Shown here one piece after another: positions 27,609 to 36,914 of a stretch of DNA of 64,000 bases; within the stretch, counting starts at the first letter, position 1; each line of letters starts with the position of its first letter. Source of the stretch: Sedimentisphaeraceae bacterium JB056 (GTDB taxonomy: Bacteria > Planctomycetota > Phycisphaerae > Sedimentisphaerales > Sedimentisphaeraceae); contig JBITAJ010000028.1 of NCBI GenBank assembly GCA_044440125.1, positions 160,001 through 224,000 of the forward strand, in the 5' to 3' direction. A model generated the notes under the pieces. That model did not search any database. It worked only from the letters and a program-made list of their open reading frames with translations, and had not been told where the DNA came from. The translations under genes and the position numbers were made by a program.

Positions 27609-30038
27609 TTAGTCTGCTATCAATTTCTCAATCGTTGGCTGCATGGCTTTGGCCCAAAGCTGATAACCCTTTTGCTGTGGGTGCAACAGATCAGGCATCA
27701 CATCTCTGGTCAAAACTCCATCTGAATTAAGGAAGCTTTCATTTATATTAAGAAAATAAACCGCTTTGTCATCAGAAAATTTTGAAATTATGCTGTTAAC
27801 CTTCTCGTTCTTGTTCCAATACTTATTCGGTGTGGCGTTGCTGTCTTTATCTCTTCGCTGCTCATAGTCACCACGCGGGAATATAGCAAGCAGAAGTATT
27901 TTTGTTTCAGGAAGTTTTTCTTTTATGCGTGAGATTATAGTCTTTATACCTTCAGCAATATCTTCAGGCGACTGTTCTTCATAATTAGTATTGTTCGTTC
28001 CAATCATCAGAACCGCAAGCTTAGGATTTATATTATCGATTTCTCCATTATCTATCCTCCATAGCACATGTTGCGTCTGATCTCCGCCATATCCCAAATT
28101 AGCAGCGTTATATTGACCGTAATATTTTCCCCATGTCTCAGTGCCGTATTTTTCCCACCAATGCGTAATTGAATCGCCGATAAAAATAAGCTGGGGATTC
28201 AGCTGTTTATTGAGTTCAATTTTTTCCTGGAGACGAGGACGCCACCAGCTTGCATCACTTCTGGGTACCGGTATGACTGATTCCGGCTTACCTTCATCTT
28301 CCGCTGCAAGTTTAGCTGGATCAACTTTTGCCCATTTAGCCCTAAGCCTGTTCCAGGTATAAGTTATATGGACCATACCGTCATCGGCCTGTATTATCGC
28401 AGGATAAGAATACTCACCCGGCTCATCCTCAAGAACAAGAACCTGTTTCCAATTTATTCCATCATCACTTATGGCAAGATTTAGCGGCGAACGCGGTCCG
28501 CCCCATCTGCCTTCAGGAGTTACTACATGATTGTATATAAGGAGATGCCTGCCGTCTTTAAGAGTAACACCATCAAGACCGGAATTGTTACTTGGAAGTT
28601 CGGTAAGTGAAAACGGTGTCCACGACTTGCCGTTATCATAAGAGAACGACTGAACGAGTTTTTTCTCTCGCATCGTACGGAATATTGTTTGAAGTTTACC
28701 ATTACCATGACGTAAGAATGCGCCCTGAATGATACCTTCATAATTCTCCGGATTCTCTATTTCCAGAATGCTTTCAAGATCATAGGTGTCTGAATATTTT
28801 CCAATATATGGGCCTGTGGTACTTAATATTGAACCGTCCTCAAGCTCAATCGGCTTATTTTTCCCCGGTCCGATATACCCTGGCTTATAATATCTCGGCT
28901 GCGACCAAGTCTCTCCATCATCATCAGAAGTTATAAGCCTTGCTTCCATGTGTTCAAGCCAGCCCTCTTTATAGAAAAGCAGTAATTCACCATTTGACAG
29001 TTTAATCAATGCGGGATTGAACATTGATATATGCGACACTTTATTATAAACCGGCGATTGATCTAAACAACGAGGCTTCGACCATTGTTTGCCATTATAC
29101 TTAGAAAACCATATCCCTACATCAGTATGACCTTCATGAGTTCCACCGAACCATGCCGAAGCAATTTTACCATTACCAAGATCAACTACTGTTGACGCAT
29201 GGCATTCGGGTGTCGGAGGAGTTTCGTATATAAAACGGCTTTCAAGCAGCGCCGGCTGTTTGAGCAGATGCCTGCCGGTTGGAATAACTTCAACAGGATC
29301 AAGCTTGCCGCTGACGTTCAGAAGTTCAGGTCTGCTGTGAGAAATTGCGACATTCTTTATAGCACCAGAGAAGAACTGCCCGTAATTATTTTCGCCTCGA
29401 TAAAGTCCTCCTATCGACAGGGGCGAGTTAGTATTGCTAAGATGTATAGAATGAATTCCACCACCCCACGCAACATAGCCGTCTACATGAACCTGCATAT
29501 TATAAACTTCATACATGCCATCCCAGACAGCTACTATATGATGCCACTTCCCGGCTTCGATTTTATTTTTGGAAACAACTCTTCCAAGCTTACCCTTACG
29601 GCTGCTGACTGAAAAGCCAACCCTTCCATCTTTCATCATCCAAAGTTCATACCCGATATCAGTAGCGCCGTCAGTTTTACGAACAAGCTGTGCCTGTTTT
29701 AACACGTCAGGTTTAACATCAATTTCTATGACCAATGAATCAAAACCGTCACCATCATTATCATGGCCTGTAAGAATATCATTATCATCAACTATAAGAA
29801 AAGAATCATTTTTATCTTTCTCATCTTCACTGTTGTTAAAATATAAAACATTGCCTTCCTGCTTTATATTAACATCGCCCGGCAACCCGCGGGAAATTGC
29901 TTTTGCTTCAAATGAATTGACCGAATCCTTTACAATACTGTCATCGAATTCTGAAAAATCCCATTTTGCAACGTCTTTGGCAAAAAGTAAACAGCAAGTA
30001 AAAAATATTACAGTTAAGGATAATGATATTCTTCTCAT
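27609..30038 (-). CDS. Secreted LamG + BNR/Asp-box sialidase-like (GH33-related, CHAST type) + SGNH/GDSL esterase fusion
   Basis: Signal peptide; LamG (KWDF..WHHIVAVWDG); TPECHAST..WFGG.HEG, Asp-boxes, EYSYPAIIQ; C-terminal FIGDSIT, GGD.TQH, IGTNN, DLLHP. Confidence 0.88.
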   Translation of the reverse strand: MRRISLSLTVIFFTCCLLFAKDVAKWDFSEFDDSIVKDSVNSFEAKAISRGLPGDVNIKQEGNVLYFNNSEDEKDKNDSFLIVDDNDILTGHDNDGDGFDSLVIEIDVKPDVLKQAQLVRKTDGATDIGYELWMMKDGRVGFSVSSRKGKLGRVVSKNKIEAGKWHHIVAVWDGMYEVYNMQVHVDGYVAWGGGIHSIHLSNTNSPLSIGGLYRGENNYGQFFSGAIKNVAISHSRPELLNVSGKLDPVEVIPTGRHLLKQPALLESRFIYETPPTPECHASTVVDLGNGKIASAWFGGTHEGHTDVGIWFSKYNGKQWSKPRCLDQSPVYNKVSHISMFNPALIKLSNGELLLFYKEGWLEHMEARLITSDDDGETWSQPRYYKPGYIGPGKNKPIELEDGSILSTTGPYIGKYSDTYDLESILEIENPENYEGIIQGAFLRHGNGKLQTIFRTMREKKLVQSFSYDNGKSWTPFSLTELPSNNSGLDGVTLKDGRHLLIYNHVVTPEGRWGGPRSPLNLAISDDGINWKQVLVLEDEPGEYSYPAIIQADDGMVHITYTWNRLRAKWAKVDPAKLAAEDEGKPESVIPVPRSDASWWRPRLQEKIELNKQLNPQLIFIGDSITHWWEKYGTETWGKYYGQYNAANLGYGGDQTQHVLWRIDNGEIDNINPKLAVLMIGTNNTNYEEQSPEDIAEGIKTIISRIKEKLPETKILLLAIFPRGDYEQRRDKDSNATPNKYWNKNEKVNSIISKFSDDKAVYFLNINESFLNSDGVLTRDVMPDLLHPQQKGYQLWAKAMQPTIEKLIAD

Positions 30039-30063
30039 ATTACTTTCTCAATTATAAATGTGT

Positions 30064-30094
30064 AAAAAAAGAGGCGCAGGAATCCCTGCGCCTC
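30064..30094 (-). terminator. Rho-independent terminator-like hairpin after the dockerin-tailed gene
   Basis: GAGGCGCAGG-AATC-CCTGCGCCTC with a U7 tail on the minus strand. Confidence 0.8.
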
Positions 30095-30114
30095 GAATTA
30101 GAATCTTACGTTCA

Positions 30115-31812
30115 TTATTCAGTTATGATTGGGAAAATCCCGTTATCAAGCCATTCTGTAACCAGAAGAGAAAAATCTTCAAGGTTGATCAAACAGTCAT
30201 CATTTAGATCATACTCAGGAGAATCAACACACATAACAGGGAACAAGTTTACGTTATCGATGTATATTGTACCGCTGCCGCCTGGTGTACCGTCACCTAC
30301 AGCAATTGTCATAGATGCTATAGAAGCCATATCAATACTTGGGTTATTTACCTCAAAGTCACGCAGATCGATATACCAGATAGTCCAGATAAGAGAACTG
30401 TCTGTGTCTACATCAGCTTTCTGTGTAACGTAAGGCACATCACAAACAACGGTAGAAGTGTTTGTTCCATCTGTCAAACTTACAGATAATTGTTCATCGC
30501 TATTGTTAACATCACCATAAACCCATACGCTCATTGAATAAGCACTTGAACATGCTATATTCTCTTCAGGGAAACTATAGCTTACAGCACTGTTTACATA
30601 TGGAGAAGATGAAAGATCATAAGTCAGAGTCATAGAAGAAGCTCCACGGGCAATATCTGTTTCAATACCAAGTATTGAATTAGAAGCGTTCCATTCTGTT
30701 TCAAGCTCTGTCTGATCTGCATATTCGAACCAGTACATTTTGTAATAAGTACGAGTTGTAAAGCTCCATACATCACCTTCTACAGTTGTGCTGGCTCCAA
30801 CTTCATCAACTCTCCAGTAATAAGTGGTGCCAAATTCAAGGCCGCAGAATTCATATTCCGGAGTAGCTAAACCGGCCTCAACAAGCTCAAGATTCTCTGC
30901 GTCAGTACCGAGATAAAGATTCCAAGAAGAACCTGCACCGCCGGCAGTCCATGCAGCATCAACAATCGTGTTTGTTGGAGAACCGTCAGCAGGAGTCGGA
31001 GTATTAGGCTTTGCCAGAATGGAATTATTTGGTGACATTACATTTGTCCATGTACCATCATAAGCGATGTAAGGAGTTGTCGTATCACCATCAGTAACAA
31101 CCTGACCGGCAGAATTCAAAGCAAGTATCATACTTTCGACATCACCTTTAACTCTTAAAATACCATCTTGAGTTACGTCAATTATAACATCTTCGCCATC
31201 ACCTATTACGAGGTTATTAACCTCAAGAACACCGCTGCCTGAAAGTGTAGTTCTTACCCGAGAATAACTGTCGAGATCACCAGGGGCAACAAATCCACTT
31301 GCCCTATAGCTTGTACTTCCGGTACTGGTGACATACATTCTTGCATTGTCAGTAATAATAAGATTCGCTCTTGCAATAGCACCGGTTGTCCCATCATAAT
31401 TACCTGTGCAAAGAGCAATAGAACCAGTCTGAACATAAGCACTGTCACTTAAAGTTATGACACAGCCATCATTAGGCTCAGTACCTGTAGTATTATTATC
31501 ATAGACGTACCAGTAACCTGCATTAATAAAGCTGCTGTCACCCTGGAAATAAACCGCCAGTGAATAATCATCATAACTCGATCCACCAAACATCCACAAC
31601 ATTCTGCTGGTGCTTATGCTTTCACCATCAACAACATAAACTTCTTCATCATAGCCATGAACTTGCAACTGATTAGCAGAATCAGGATAACCAAGATCCC
31701 AGTTGGCAGATGTAGTCCAGCGATGATCGCCTGCAGCTCCTGTCCAAACATTAGCAGCGAATGCCGATGCAGCCGCTAAAACTACAATTACAAAAACCAT
31801 CATTTTCTTCAT
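30115..31812 (-). CDS. Secreted non-catalytic protein: beta-rich N-region, 'YYWRVDE' module, CBM-like domain, dockerin/EF-hand-like tail
   Basis: Signal peptide ending ASAFA; WTGAAGD..W...NW start; PTPADG..YYWRVDE..GDVWSFTT; GSGTIYIDNV; ends YDLNDDCLINLEDFSLLVTEWL. AAAGGAG RBS. Confidence 0.8.
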   Translation of the reverse strand: MKKMMVFVIVVLAAASAFAANVWTGAAGDHRWTTSANWDLGYPDSANQLQVHGYDEEVYVVDGESISTSRMLWMFGGSSYDDYSLAVYFQGDSSFINAGYWYVYDNNTTGTEPNDGCVITLSDSAYVQTGSIALCTGNYDGTTGAIARANLIITDNARMYVTSTGSTSYRASGFVAPGDLDSYSRVRTTLSGSGVLEVNNLVIGDGEDVIIDVTQDGILRVKGDVESMILALNSAGQVVTDGDTTTPYIAYDGTWTNVMSPNNSILAKPNTPTPADGSPTNTIVDAAWTAGGAGSSWNLYLGTDAENLELVEAGLATPEYEFCGLEFGTTYYWRVDEVGASTTVEGDVWSFTTRTYYKMYWFEYADQTELETEWNASNSILGIETDIARGASSMTLTYDLSSSPYVNSAVSYSFPEENIACSSAYSMSVWVYGDVNNSDEQLSVSLTDGTNTSTVVCDVPYVTQKADVDTDSSLIWTIWYIDLRDFEVNNPSIDMASIASMTIAVGDGTPGGSGTIYIDNVNLFPVMCVDSPEYDLNDDCLINLEDFSLLVTEWLDNGIFPIITE

Positions 31813-31897
31813 AGTGCTACTCCTTTAAAATAAGTAATTAATTTTTCATTGTTATTGCAACAATTTTTATTTACAGTTTTATACTCGGATTATTATA

Positions 31898-33649
31898 CTA
31901 AAACTCCTGAGGATCAATTACAACATGCTTGACTCTCAGTCTTTTCCATGTGTAGGTTATATGAACCAATCCATCATCAGCTTGAATCACTGCCGGATAT
32001 GAATATTCACCATCTTCATCTTCCAATGTCAAAACCATATTCCAATTTGTACCATCACTTGTAACAGCTACATTAAGCGGTGTCCGAGGGCCGCCCCAGC
32101 TCCCTTCCGACGCTGTGCTGTTGTTGTAAACAAGCAGGTGTCTTCCGTCACTGAGACTAACCGCGTCAATACCGGAATTATTATTTGGCAATGAACTGAG
32201 AGAAAGATTAGACCAGCTCTGCCCATAATTAAATGAGTAAGCCTGAGCAATGCTGTTTTCCTGTGTCCTGAATAGTGCCTGAAGTTTACCGCCGGGATAA
32301 ACAAGTATGGTAGGCTGAATCACACCAAGATAATCATTGGTATTAGATATACCAGCTCGATCCCAGCTCATAGCGTTATCGTTAGATATCTCAACATAAG
32401 CTCCTGATGTTGGACTTACAATATCACCATTATCCAATTCGACAGGTTTATTCTTGCTCGGCCCTTTAGAATCAGAGGGTATTGCCATCTCATAGGACCA
32501 GGTTAAACCGTTATCATCAGAATACCGTTGGTAACCGTTAAGGCCTGTGCCTCCCAATTCACCAATCTTATAATACAAAAATAATCTGCCATTCGAATGC
32601 TTGTAGAGTACCGGATTAAAAACCGTATCTCTCTGTGGGAACAGCATAGGCCCTTCTCCCATAACTATCGGCTGAGACCATCTGATGCCATTATATCTTG
32701 AGTACCATATTTTAGCGTCTGTATGCCCCTCGCATGTACCGCCAAACCATGAGGCAGCTAATTCTCCGTTACCCAGATCTTCTATTGTCGAAGCATGACA
32801 TTCAGGTGTCTTTGGTGTTTCATAAATAAACTCACTGCTGACAAAACCACTTTGACTCTCCAGATGGCCACCGGTAGGGATTATATATTCCATCGGATCA
32901 CATTTACCGTGAGCATCAAGAATACGAGGTCTGTCTGTAGAAATCCTTAAAGACCTTATCATGCCGCTGAAGAATTGTCCATAGTTTCCAGGGTCCCTGT
33001 AAAGACCGCCTATAGTAAGCGGGTATGTTGTATTGCTAAGAGCACCAATTGCAGTACTTGCACGTGAAACAACACCATCAAGCATAATCTGCGTATTATA
33101 ATTGACAAAACGATTTTCCCATGTAGCTTTAACCCTGTGCCACTGACCTAAAGTAACAGGATTCCTGCTAACCGCATTGCCGCTATTTACTCCATCACCT
33201 ATCTGAAAGCCGACTTTCCCTTCACTGGTCATATACACCTGATAACCTTCAGATGTGTTACTCTCAGTCTTTCTGACAAGAATAGACTGCTTTATAATAT
33301 CAACCTTGAATTCAATTTCTATCGTCAAAGAATTAAGTCCGTTGCCGCCATTTGCATGGCCGGTCAGAACATCAGTATCATTGACAGCAAGCATCAAGTT
33401 GTTCAGATCACTGTCAGATTCGGAGTTTGGAAAATAAACCGCACCGCAGCAAACTCCCTTATCAACATGTACACTTGTACTTTGTTTCGATAAAACATCT
33501 GCACTCAATCCGCTCACACTCTCATCAATAGATGATACGAATCCCGGGGTATCAGTTTCAAATTCCCATAGCGCAATGTCTGTAGAGTATACAAGACCAA
33601 CGCTCAGAAGAATACATGTCAAAATTATTCTTATCAAAGCAAACCTCAT
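31898..33649 (-). CDS. Secreted LamG + BNR/Asp-box sialidase-like hydrolase, paralogue of the N-terminal part of 27609..30038
   Basis: Shares LTGH, LVRKT, IGGLYR...YGQFFSG, IPTG.HL, IYETP.TPECHAST, KNKP.EL, WGGPR.PLN and GEYSYPA with 27609..30038. Confidence 0.88.
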   Translation of the reverse strand: MRFALIRIILTCILLSVGLVYSTDIALWEFETDTPGFVSSIDESVSGLSADVLSKQSTSVHVDKGVCCGAVYFPNSESDSDLNNLMLAVNDTDVLTGHANGGNGLNSLTIEIEFKVDIIKQSILVRKTESNTSEGYQVYMTSEGKVGFQIGDGVNSGNAVSRNPVTLGQWHRVKATWENRFVNYNTQIMLDGVVSRASTAIGALSNTTYPLTIGGLYRDPGNYGQFFSGMIRSLRISTDRPRILDAHGKCDPMEYIIPTGGHLESQSGFVSSEFIYETPKTPECHASTIEDLGNGELAASWFGGTCEGHTDAKIWYSRYNGIRWSQPIVMGEGPMLFPQRDTVFNPVLYKHSNGRLFLYYKIGELGGTGLNGYQRYSDDNGLTWSYEMAIPSDSKGPSKNKPVELDNGDIVSPTSGAYVEISNDNAMSWDRAGISNTNDYLGVIQPTILVYPGGKLQALFRTQENSIAQAYSFNYGQSWSNLSLSSLPNNNSGIDAVSLSDGRHLLVYNNSTASEGSWGGPRTPLNVAVTSDGTNWNMVLTLEDEDGEYSYPAVIQADDGLVHITYTWKRLRVKHVVIDPQEF

Positions 33650-33662
33650 TTAATTAATCTAA

Positions 33663-33738
33663 TCAGTTATTAGCAATTAGCTGTTAGCTATCGGTTGGCT
33701 TTGCAGCATTTGGCTAATTGCTTGTCGCTTATCGCTAA
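33663..33738. repeat. Degenerate heptamer tandem array arranged as an inverted repeat
   Basis: TCAGTTA TTAGCAA TTAGCTG TTAGCTA TCGGTTG ... TGGCTAA TTGCTTG TCGCTTA TCGCTAA. Confidence 0.75.
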
Positions 33739-33739
33739 A

Positions 33740-34588
33740 CTATTTATGCGGAATGTAGAATGAATAATCATTATCACGCCTGTGATACATCTCCACCATT
33801 TTATCATCATCACCATCAAGCAGCTCTGCACTGCCGTCTGTATATACATAGCCATTCTTTACAGAACTCAGATGTTTTTCTACTATGTCATCAGTAACAC
33901 CATCCTGCCTGTAAAAAGTCTCTACCCAACCCTGCCTGTCAGAAGGCTCAAGCTTAAATATCGACAAATTCCCCTCACCTGTAGGGTGATTAGTTCTGAA
34001 TTGTGAGTATCTGTAAGCACGCCACAAAGCATCACCAAAAAGAACGTTAAACTGGTGACCTTCATAACTCCAAGTCTGTGAAGTCTTGGTAAATGCGTTT
34101 GATTTATTAAAATTAGGCCCGGTAAGGCTTTTCCAGCTTTTTCCTTTTTCCAGATTTGCCCAGTAACCGCCGCATATTATATAGTCGGTATAAAGGTACA
34201 TATCCGTGCCAATCTCTATATCATCAATATCTCTCTCCCACTTAGGTAAAAGCGGACATTTGAAATAATTCATGCTCACATAAGTAGAGTACAATTCCCT
34301 TATATCATAATTTCCGGCAGTCGTAGGTACTGTGACCTGCTTAGGCAAAGCGGTACTCAGTCCCATAGCATTCCTGCTTACTTCCCAGGCATGCGTTGGG
34401 AGTCTTCCGTAATCTACTTCATACGCCATCGCACCAACAGCACATTGCTTAAGTCCAGTAAGACAGATTGTCTGTTTGGCCTGCATTCTGACCTTTGCCA
34501 ATGAAGGCATCAAAATTGACATCAATATTGCGATTATTGAAATAACAACCAAAAGTTCAATCAATGTAAAAGCACTTCTTTTTTTCAT
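33740..34588 (-). CDS. Prepilin-type N-terminal cleavage/methylation domain protein (planctomycete DUF1559-like)
   Basis: MKKRSAFTLIELLVVISIIAILMSILMPSLAKVR.QAK..C, FKCP, TNH, NGYVYTDGS; AAGGAG RBS. Confidence 0.9.
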   Translation of the reverse strand: MKKRSAFTLIELLVVISIIAILMSILMPSLAKVRMQAKQTICLTGLKQCAVGAMAYEVDYGRLPTHAWEVSRNAMGLSTALPKQVTVPTTAGNYDIRELYSTYVSMNYFKCPLLPKWERDIDDIEIGTDMYLYTDYIICGGYWANLEKGKSWKSLTGPNFNKSNAFTKTSQTWSYEGHQFNVLFGDALWRAYRYSQFRTNHPTGEGNLSIFKLEPSDRQGWVETFYRQDGVTDDIVEKHLSSVKNGYVYTDGSAELLDGDDDKMVEMYHRRDNDYSFYIPHK

Positions 34589-34618
34589 AATATAAGCTCC
34601 TTATATAGATATATTCGT

Positions 34619-35680
34619 TTAGTTAGTCACTACGGCTGCACTTAGGGCTTTGGGCTCATAAGCACACATCTGACGCATTATCTGTTGAATATGCCCAACT
34701 CTTTCAGGGCGAACTATGAGATAACGATCCCTGCCGTCTTTCTGTGGAGTAAAGCTTGTAACACCGCGATTATCAACTGTTACCTTGCCTCTCTCCGACA
34801 AATCAAAATATTCCAGCGGATCTCTTACCGCACACAAAACGGATGTCAGATCCCATGTCTGTCTGTCGTATGGCATCTCAAGATACATCTTATACGCCTC
34901 TACCACCGGATGATCAACAGCCCAGCCATAATCATTATATATGGCCTCGGCAGTATACATTATAGCAGAACCTACCTCCAAACCGCTGAACAGAATATCG
35001 CCCGGCCAATTCTCACAAACAAAAATAGAGGATTCGATATCATGTTTAACATTGAACTCCGCAAATTTGATGTCTTTGCTCTCTAATGCCTCCTTTGTGA
35101 AATTACCGGCCATAATAGACAACAAATTCACCTTCTCAGCGACCAGTTCAACACCGGTAAGCGGTGAATAGCTATCCGGCTTTGAAGCAAGAAGCCGTGC
35201 AAGATTCGTCATAAACCCTATGCTCACTATATTAACAGAGGCATTATCGGATTCTGAGAGCAATTTCCTGTACATATCAACCGAATCAAGATTATAATCC
35301 GAACAGCTCCTGCCATACTTATATCCTGATTCATTAGTTGATTCTACAATATTCTTTAGAAATGGGCCGTCTTCAGGCGTTTTACCTTTTGATACACTAC
35401 CTATAGGGATATTCCCTTTACCGTAAAAGGTATTGAGAACATCAACCATTGCAGGTGAATACTTGTTATCTTTATTAACCGCAACACCAATAAGCTCACA
35501 TTCACCGGCATTGTCAAGATAATGGGCTATTGCTATAGCAAGTGCATCATCAATATCGTTGCCTAAGTCAGTATCAATGATAATAGGCGTCGGATAATAT
35601 GTCATTTTGTCCCTTAATTCCTTGTTCATCGCAAAACTTTCTATAACCAAAGTCTTTTCTATCAGTTTTAAGGATACCAC
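34619..35680 (-). CDS. Nucleoside hydrolase-family protein
   Basis: IIDTDLGNDIDDALA Ca-binding motif, IGFMTNLA.LL, MAG, AEFN, TWDL. The true start is probably a later Met. Confidence 0.85.
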   Translation of the reverse strand: MVSLKLIEKTLVIESFAMNKELRDKMTYYPTPIIIDTDLGNDIDDALAIAIAHYLDNAGECELIGVAVNKDNKYSPAMVDVLNTFYGKGNIPIGSVSKGKTPEDGPFLKNIVESTNESGYKYGRSCSDYNLDSVDMYRKLLSESDNASVNIVSIGFMTNLARLLASKPDSYSPLTGVELVAEKVNLLSIMAGNFTKEALESKDIKFAEFNVKHDIESSIFVCENWPGDILFSGLEVGSAIMYTAEAIYNDYGWAVDHPVVEAYKMYLEMPYDRQTWDLTSVLCAVRDPLEYFDLSERGKVTVDNRGVTSFTPQKDGRDRYLIVRPERVGHIQQIMRQMCAYEPKALSAAVVTN

Positions 35681-35829
35681 ACATAACTCGCGAATTCAAT
35701 GCAATTAATGCACTTTTTAATAGCACAAAACGCTCATTAGTCTTGCTTTCGAGTTGCTTTTAGTATACAATAATGCTACTATAAGAGTCGAAAGGCATAA
35801 AAGGCCACAATAAAAAGGGAAGCTTAAAA

Positions 35830-36660
35830 ATGAGTAAGACTAATGAAAACATAAACTTAACTTCAAATTTCAGCATACCTACAATTTATCCGGCAGGCAG
35901 GCGATTAGAAAACACGAGTGTACGCGACCATGCACATGATTTTACTGAGATAATACTGGTAACGCAGGGAGAATGCCTTCTAAAGATTGATAACAGAAAT
36001 GAGGTTTATAAGGCAGAAAAGAATATATTGGTCACAGTCGGAGACCTGATAGTCATTCCGCCCCACCTTTCTCATACACAAATAGAAAAAGGATACGTAG
36101 GAACTTCCTACATTGGTTTCAGGCACAAACCAGAAGTGTTTGACTCTTCATTCAGAGTAATATCATTGAAAAATGAAATATACATAACCAGATGGATAGA
36201 CGACATAATCGACCTTCATACGATTGTACAGGACAGCTTAAAATATTCTGAGGTAGCCGCCGGCCTGCTTCAGGCCATCACTACAAGGCTTAAACAGATA
36301 GAATATGAACAAAAAGTAGCTGTAATGATTCACCCGCTCGTACAAAAATCTATAGAATTGATACATTCAAATCTTACAGACGTGGTAAGCGTCGATCAAA
36401 TAGCGGAACAAGTTGACCTAAGCACGAGCTACCTGACCAAACTTTTCAAAAAATCAGTTGGCCTTGGACCAATTCAATATCAACAACAACAAAGGATGCA
36501 GCTTGCGTGCCGTTATTTACGAAATCCATACATTACAGTCAAGGAAGTAGCACAAAAATGTGGTTATGAAAACGTCAATTTCTTCATAAGGCTATTCAAG
36601 AAGAATTATAAGAAATCTCCTGGCAAGTGGCGAGAAAAGTTCTTTGACAAGACAATATGA
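35830..36660 (+). CDS. AraC-family transcriptional regulator (divergent from locus 2)
   Basis: HAHDFTEI cupin domain; VAQKCGYENVNFFIRLFKK..SPGKWR; TTGCTT-N17-TACAAT at 35743-35771. Confidence 0.92.
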   Translation: MSKTNENINLTSNFSIPTIYPAGRRLENTSVRDHAHDFTEIILVTQGECLLKIDNRNEVYKAEKNILVTVGDLIVIPPHLSHTQIEKGYVGTSYIGFRHKPEVFDSSFRVISLKNEIYITRWIDDIIDLHTIVQDSLKYSEVAAGLLQAITTRLKQIEYEQKVAVMIHPLVQKSIELIHSNLTDVVSVDQIAEQVDLSTSYLTKLFKKSVGLGPIQYQQQQRMQLACRYLRNPYITVKEVAQKCGYENVNFFIRLFKKNYKKSPGKWREKFFDKTI

Positions 36661-36914
36661 CAATATTAATCATACTTGCCCCGCATTTATTACTTTTTTT
36701 ACAACGCCACACCACCTTGGAGCATAAAACACTTCTAAACAAGAGCTTACAAAAACAAGCAAGTCCCAAACAATGCTAAAAACCTCAAAAATAGGCAAAA
36801 AATGAGCATATAAAACTTACGCTCCTTGAATAGTTTTAAAAATCAGTTAAAATACACCGCTTGTATTATATCAGAAAAGCTGATACTTATGACAAAACTT
36901 ATTATTAATGGAAG

